Positions 37,681-41,080 of a stretch of DNA of 41,080 bases are shown one piece after another. The DNA is from Phascolarctobacterium sp. (lineage in GTDB: Bacteria > Bacillota > Negativicutes > Acidaminococcales > Acidaminococcaceae), in contig JBJDXC010000158.1 of assembly GCA_051866475.1 (NCBI GenBank), positions 1 through 41,080 of the forward strand, in the 5' to 3' direction. Below the pieces are notes generated by a model that saw only the letters and a program-made list of their open reading frames with translations, was not told the origin of the DNA and made no database searches. Made by a program: the position numbers and the translations under genes. Positions within the stretch are counted from its first letter, which is position 1, and every line of letters starts with the position of its first letter.

Positions 37681-38484
37681 ATGAAGAATACTAAAGCACT
37701 AGTTGTGATCAGCTTTGGCTCCACCTTTGACGATACTCGCAAACGTGATATCGGTGGCATTGAAGCTGCACTAGCTACCGCCTTCCCCAGCTATGACCAA
37801 TATCGAGCCTTCACCTCCGGCATTATTCGCAAGCGCTTAGCAGCGCGAGGCATCATCGTAGATGATACAGAAACTATTTTGCATAAGCTGGTTAAGGAAG
37901 GCTATGAAGAAGTAGTGCTCCAGCCCACCCATTTACTGCACGGCGAGGAATTTGAGCAAAAAATTTTGGCACTGCAGGAGCAGTTTCTCCCCCTTTTTAA
38001 GAAAATCGTCATCAGTCGACCACTCATTACCTCTGCTGAAGACTATGAGCTGGCGGTAACTGCACTCTTGGCCCAATTGCCTTCTCTAAAAGGGAACGAG
38101 GGCGTTGTCTTCATGGGACATGGCACACCCAGAGCCAATAACGCTGCCCATCGCTACACCTACGTGAAGCTGCAGCAGCTCTTTGATGAGCGCAAGGCAC
38201 CTGTGTTAGTAGGTACTGTCGAGGACGAGGATACGCCTAATTTTGCCTCTGTTTTAACTCGTCTCCAAGAACGCGGTTATAAGCACGTGCATCTCTATCC
38301 TCTGATGGTAGTAGCCGGAGACCATGCTAACAACGATATGTATGGAAATGAACCTGATAGCTGGAAAGCACAAATTGAAGCCCTTGGCATCACTACTACA
38401 GGCCACTTAAACGGAATCGGCCGCTTTGCTGCCATCCAAGCACTGTATATTCAGCATGCCCTGGAAGCCTTACAAAATCAATAA
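37681..38484 (+). CDS. cbiK: Sirohydrochlorin cobaltochelatase CbiK, cytoplasmic form
   Basis: ALVVISFGS, RAFTSGII, QPTHLLHGEE, FMGHGT, PLMVVAGDHANNDM; no signal peptide; own extended -10 TGcTATAAT at 37646-37654; ATG 37681 behind GAGGTG. Confidence 0.88.
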   Translation: MKNTKALVVISFGSTFDDTRKRDIGGIEAALATAFPSYDQYRAFTSGIIRKRLAARGIIVDDTETILHKLVKEGYEEVVLQPTHLLHGEEFEQKILALQEQFLPLFKKIVISRPLITSAEDYELAVTALLAQLPSLKGNEGVVFMGHGTPRANNAAHRYTYVKLQQLFDERKAPVLVGTVEDEDTPNFASVLTRLQERGYKHVHLYPLMVVAGDHANNDMYGNEPDSWKAQIEALGITTTGHLNGIGRFAAIQALYIQHALEALQNQ

Positions 38485-38526
38485 AAGATAAAAAAATTAA
38501 CTATTAATCAGAAAACGTCTCTTGAG

Positions 38527-38570
38527 AAAAGCCCTGTCTTTTGTATACATACACAAAAACAGGGCTTTTT
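38527..38570. terminator. Intrinsic terminator after the second cbiK
   Basis: AAAAGCCCTGT...ACAGGGCTTTTT. Confidence 0.8.
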
Positions 38571-38652
38571 ATTGCTAGCTGACCCATATCTATGCTATAA
38601 TGTATTTACCAATATTTTTGCACTAAAATTAAGTAAAGAAAGGATGTTGCAA

Positions 38653-40023
38653 ATGGGTGTTATTATTTCTGCTTTAGTAACTTTTTGGGTTGGCTATCTA
38701 ATCTACAAAAAGTTCAAACCACAACCAGTACTGTTTTTAGGCGGTATGATCATGATGTGGTTGGCTTCCGTTTTAGGCTACGGCCAAATTTTAGGAGCAA
38801 AGGCCTCCACTGGCTCTGTTTTCTTTGATGCCTTTGAGTTTATCCGTGCTACCTTCAGCTCCAATGTTGGTAAGCTAGGCCTGAACATTATGTCCGTAGG
38901 TGCCTTTGCCAAATACATGGATAAAATCGGCGCTTCCCGCGCTCTGGTTCGTTTGACCATTAAGCCCTTGTTGGCTTTGAAATCCCCCTACATCGTTATG
39001 AGCGGTACCTGGATTGTGGGCATGCTCATTGGTCTGTGCATCAACTCCGCTTCCGGTCTAGCTATGCTGCTCATGGTAACCATGTTCCCGATTTTGATTG
39101 GCCTGGGCGTTTCCCGCCTTTCCGCAACCGCAGCTGTAGCAACCACCCTGTGCTTCGACTGGAGCCCCAGTGACACCGGCACCATTTTGTCCGCCGAAAC
39201 CGCCGGTGTGGATCCCGTTTTCTACTGGAGCCATTACCAAGTGCCCATCGTTGCTGTAGCCTTCGTAGTTGTTGGCGTACTGCATTATCTGACTCAAAAA
39301 TATATGGATAAACGTGATGGCCACGTTGTAAAACCCATTGACGTAGAAACCGTTAAAGACGAGTCCGATACTGCACCGGGCTTCTATGCAATTCTACCTG
39401 TAATTCCTCTGGCTTTAATTTTGAGCTTCAGCTCCCTGTGGATTACCTGGATTAAAATGAACATCGTTATGGCCATGTTCATCGGCCTTTTTGTGGGCGT
39501 GATCTGCGAATTCATTCGTTGGCGCGACGGCCACAAGGTTTTGGGCGATATCCAAACCTTCTTCGATGGCCTAGGTCTGCAAATGGCTAACGTAATCACC
39601 CTAGTTGTAGCTGGTCAAACCTTTGCCAAGGGCCTGATTTCCATGGGCACCATCAAGGCTATGATCGACGGCAGTCAAGGCTTGGGCTTTGGTCCCATGG
39701 CTATGATGCTGGTTATGGTTGCTATTATTGGTGGCTCCGCCATTGTTATGGGCTCCGGCAACGCTCCCTTCTTCGCCTTTGCGGCGCTGACTCCGGCTGT
39801 TGCCGCTGCCACCGGCCTGCACCCCGTGCTGATGCTACTGCCCATGCACTTTGCAGCCTCCATCATGCGTAGCTGCTCCCCCATTACCGCGGTTATCGTT
39901 GTATCCTCCGGTATGGGCGGCGTTTCCAGCTTTGATTTGGTAAAACGCACCTTCATCCCCATGATGGGCGCTATGGCCGTAACCATCGGCATGACCTTCT
40001 TCTTCTACTACACCGGCTATTAA
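38653..40023 (+). CDS. dcuC: C4-dicarboxylate transporter, DcuC family
   Basis: LGLNIMSVGAFAKYMDKIGAS, SASGLAMLLMVTMFP, MGSGNAPFFAF, SPITAVIV, VKRT. Start moved to ATG 38653 behind AAAGGA; extended -10 TGcTATAAT near 38593-38601. Confidence 0.9.
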   Translation: MGVIISALVTFWVGYLIYKKFKPQPVLFLGGMIMMWLASVLGYGQILGAKASTGSVFFDAFEFIRATFSSNVGKLGLNIMSVGAFAKYMDKIGASRALVRLTIKPLLALKSPYIVMSGTWIVGMLIGLCINSASGLAMLLMVTMFPILIGLGVSRLSATAAVATTLCFDWSPSDTGTILSAETAGVDPVFYWSHYQVPIVAVAFVVVGVLHYLTQKYMDKRDGHVVKPIDVETVKDESDTAPGFYAILPVIPLALILSFSSLWITWIKMNIVMAMFIGLFVGVICEFIRWRDGHKVLGDIQTFFDGLGLQMANVITLVVAGQTFAKGLISMGTIKAMIDGSQGLGFGPMAMMLVMVAIIGGSAIVMGSGNAPFFAFAALTPAVAAATGLHPVLMLLPMHFAASIMRSCSPITAVIVVSSGMGGVSSFDLVKRTFIPMMGAMAVTIGMTFFFYYTGY

Positions 40024-40033
40024 TGAACAACTG

Positions 40034-40069
40034 GAGAGCGCTCCTCTTAGCAGAGGAGCCTCTCTTTTT
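40034..40069 (+). terminator. Intrinsic terminator of dcuC
   Basis: GAGAGcGCTCCTCT-tagc-AGAGGAGC-CTCTC followed by TTTTT. Confidence 0.85.
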
Positions 40070-40103
40070 ATAAGAGATAGCATAATTATGCTATTAACTA
40101 CAA

Positions 40104-40204
40104 AGGTCGTCTAGAAGGTATTAGATACGAGCAAAGGTGACGACGGCGTACTAGTGGTACGTCTAGGAACCTTTGTGAAGTAGATGATGCCTTATAGGCG
40201 ACCT
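40104..40204 (+). repeat. About 100-nt rod-like imperfect hairpin (REP/MITE-like element or structured leader RNA)
   Basis: Nested stems AGGTCGTCTA/TAGGCGACCT, AAGGTATTA/TGATGCCTT, GCAAAGGT/ACCTTTGT, GGCGTAC-tagtg-GTACGTC. Confidence 0.65.
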
Positions 40205-40221
40205 CTACGGAGGCTATAACT

Positions 40222-41080
40222 ATGTTTATTTGCGATTGCCATTGCGATACCCTTACAGAATTATACAAAAAACAAATCGACCTTTACGAAAACAAGCAAC
40301 ACATTGATGTAAAGCGCCAACTTGAGCTAGGCGGTATGCTGCAATTTTACGCTATGTTTGTGCCTACGCCGGAGTATCGCTACGGCGGTGGTCTGCGCTA
40401 CACCATGCTGCTTTTGGATACCTATCTCCAGCAGATGCGTAAGCTTAAAGAGCAGGGCATTGATATTCTGCAGGTGCGCACCAAAGCTGACGCAGCCGAC
40501 GTTCTGAACCATCAATGCGCGTCCCTTTTAGCCATCGAGGAGGGTGGTGCCATCGATGGCAGCCTAGAGGCCCTGCGCTGCCTGTACGAGCTGGGCGTGC
40601 GAGCCATGACCCTTGTTTGGAGCAACCGCAACGATATTGCTGACGGTGTCAACGAGGAATGTAGCGGCGGTGGCTTAACTGTTTTCGGCCGCAAGGTTGT
40701 GGCTGAGATGAACCGCTTAGGTATGCTGGTGGATGTATCCCACATCGCCCCTGCCGGCTTCTGGGATGTTATAGAAGCCAGCTCCAAGCCCATCATCGCT
40801 ACCCACTCCGATGCTAAAGCCCTGTGCGCTCATCCTCGCAACTTGGACGACAAGCAAATCCTGGCTATCAACGAGAATGATGGTCTTATCGGCATCACCT
40901 TCGCAGGCCAATTTTTAGAGAACGACTACCACGACGCCTGCATTGAAAGCGTTTATAAGCATATTGACCATATGCTGAACCTGATGGGTAACGACGATCA
41001 TCTAGGCTTTGGCAGCGATTTTGATGGCATCAGCCATCCGCCCTATAATATCCAGGGCGTGCAGGACTACAAGCCCTTAA
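40222..41080 (+). CDS. Membrane dipeptidase family (peptidase M19), truncated by the window edge
   Basis: Translated by hand: MFICDCHCDT, LAIEEGG, MTLVWSNRNDIADG, MNRLGMLVDVSH, IATHS, HPRNLDD, GFGSDFDG; SD GGAGG; no stop in the window, so absent from the ORF track. Confidence 0.9.
   Translation, partial: MFICDCHCDTLTELYKKQIDLYENKQHIDVKRQLELGGMLQFYAMFVPTPEYRYGGGLRYTMLLLDTYLQQMRKLKEQGIDILQVRTKADAADVLNHQCASLLAIEEGGAIDGSLEALRCLYELGVRAMTLVWSNRNDIADGVNEECSGGGLTVFGRKVVAEMNRLGMLVDVSHIAPAGFWDVIEASSKPIIATHSDAKALCAHPRNLDDKQILAINENDGLIGITFAGQFLENDYHDACIESVYKHIDHMLNLMGNDDHLGFGSDFDGISHPPYNIQGVQDYKPL

Noticed and set aside
41078-41080. TAA at the window end as the dipeptidase stop
   Set aside because: Out of frame (frame reads AAG CCC TTA A); the gene continues beyond the window.

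Overview
A 41-kb, mostly minus-strand chromosomal region. Gene content (DcuC, an RND pump, Firmicute-type Shine-Dalgarno sites and promoters) suggests a diderm Firmicute of the Negativicutes, possibly Phascolarctobacterium-like; this is inference. It holds: a tetrapyrrole operon (sirC-hemA-hemC-cobA/hemD-hemB-hemL); a complete kdpFABC-kdpDE locus, with kdpF missing from the ORF track; a low-GC KilA-N gene bracketed by a duplicated terminator; rsmI-metG-tatD; a TetR-RND-adaptor efflux locus; a CoA-transferase and an M48 peptidase; thiW, a small membrane protein and an ArsR/SmtB regulator; an FbpABC/AfuABC-like ABC system with two binding proteins; an FkbM methyltransferase; a DtxR/MntR regulator; two tandem CbiK paralogues (one exported, one cytoplasmic); dcuC; and a truncated M19 dipeptidase. 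No rRNA, tRNA, CRISPR array, transposase or integrase was seen. The coding content is largely ordinary and I could not identify a clearly new multi-gene system. The most notable signals are non-coding: four DnaA boxes in 54 bp (117-170), three copies of one terminator hairpin (two flanking the KilA-N gene, two paired with DnaA-box-like 9-mers), a REP-doublet-like insert in the hem operon, a ~100-nt rod-like hairpin before the dipeptidase, and a sharp high-GC3 patch inside rsmI.
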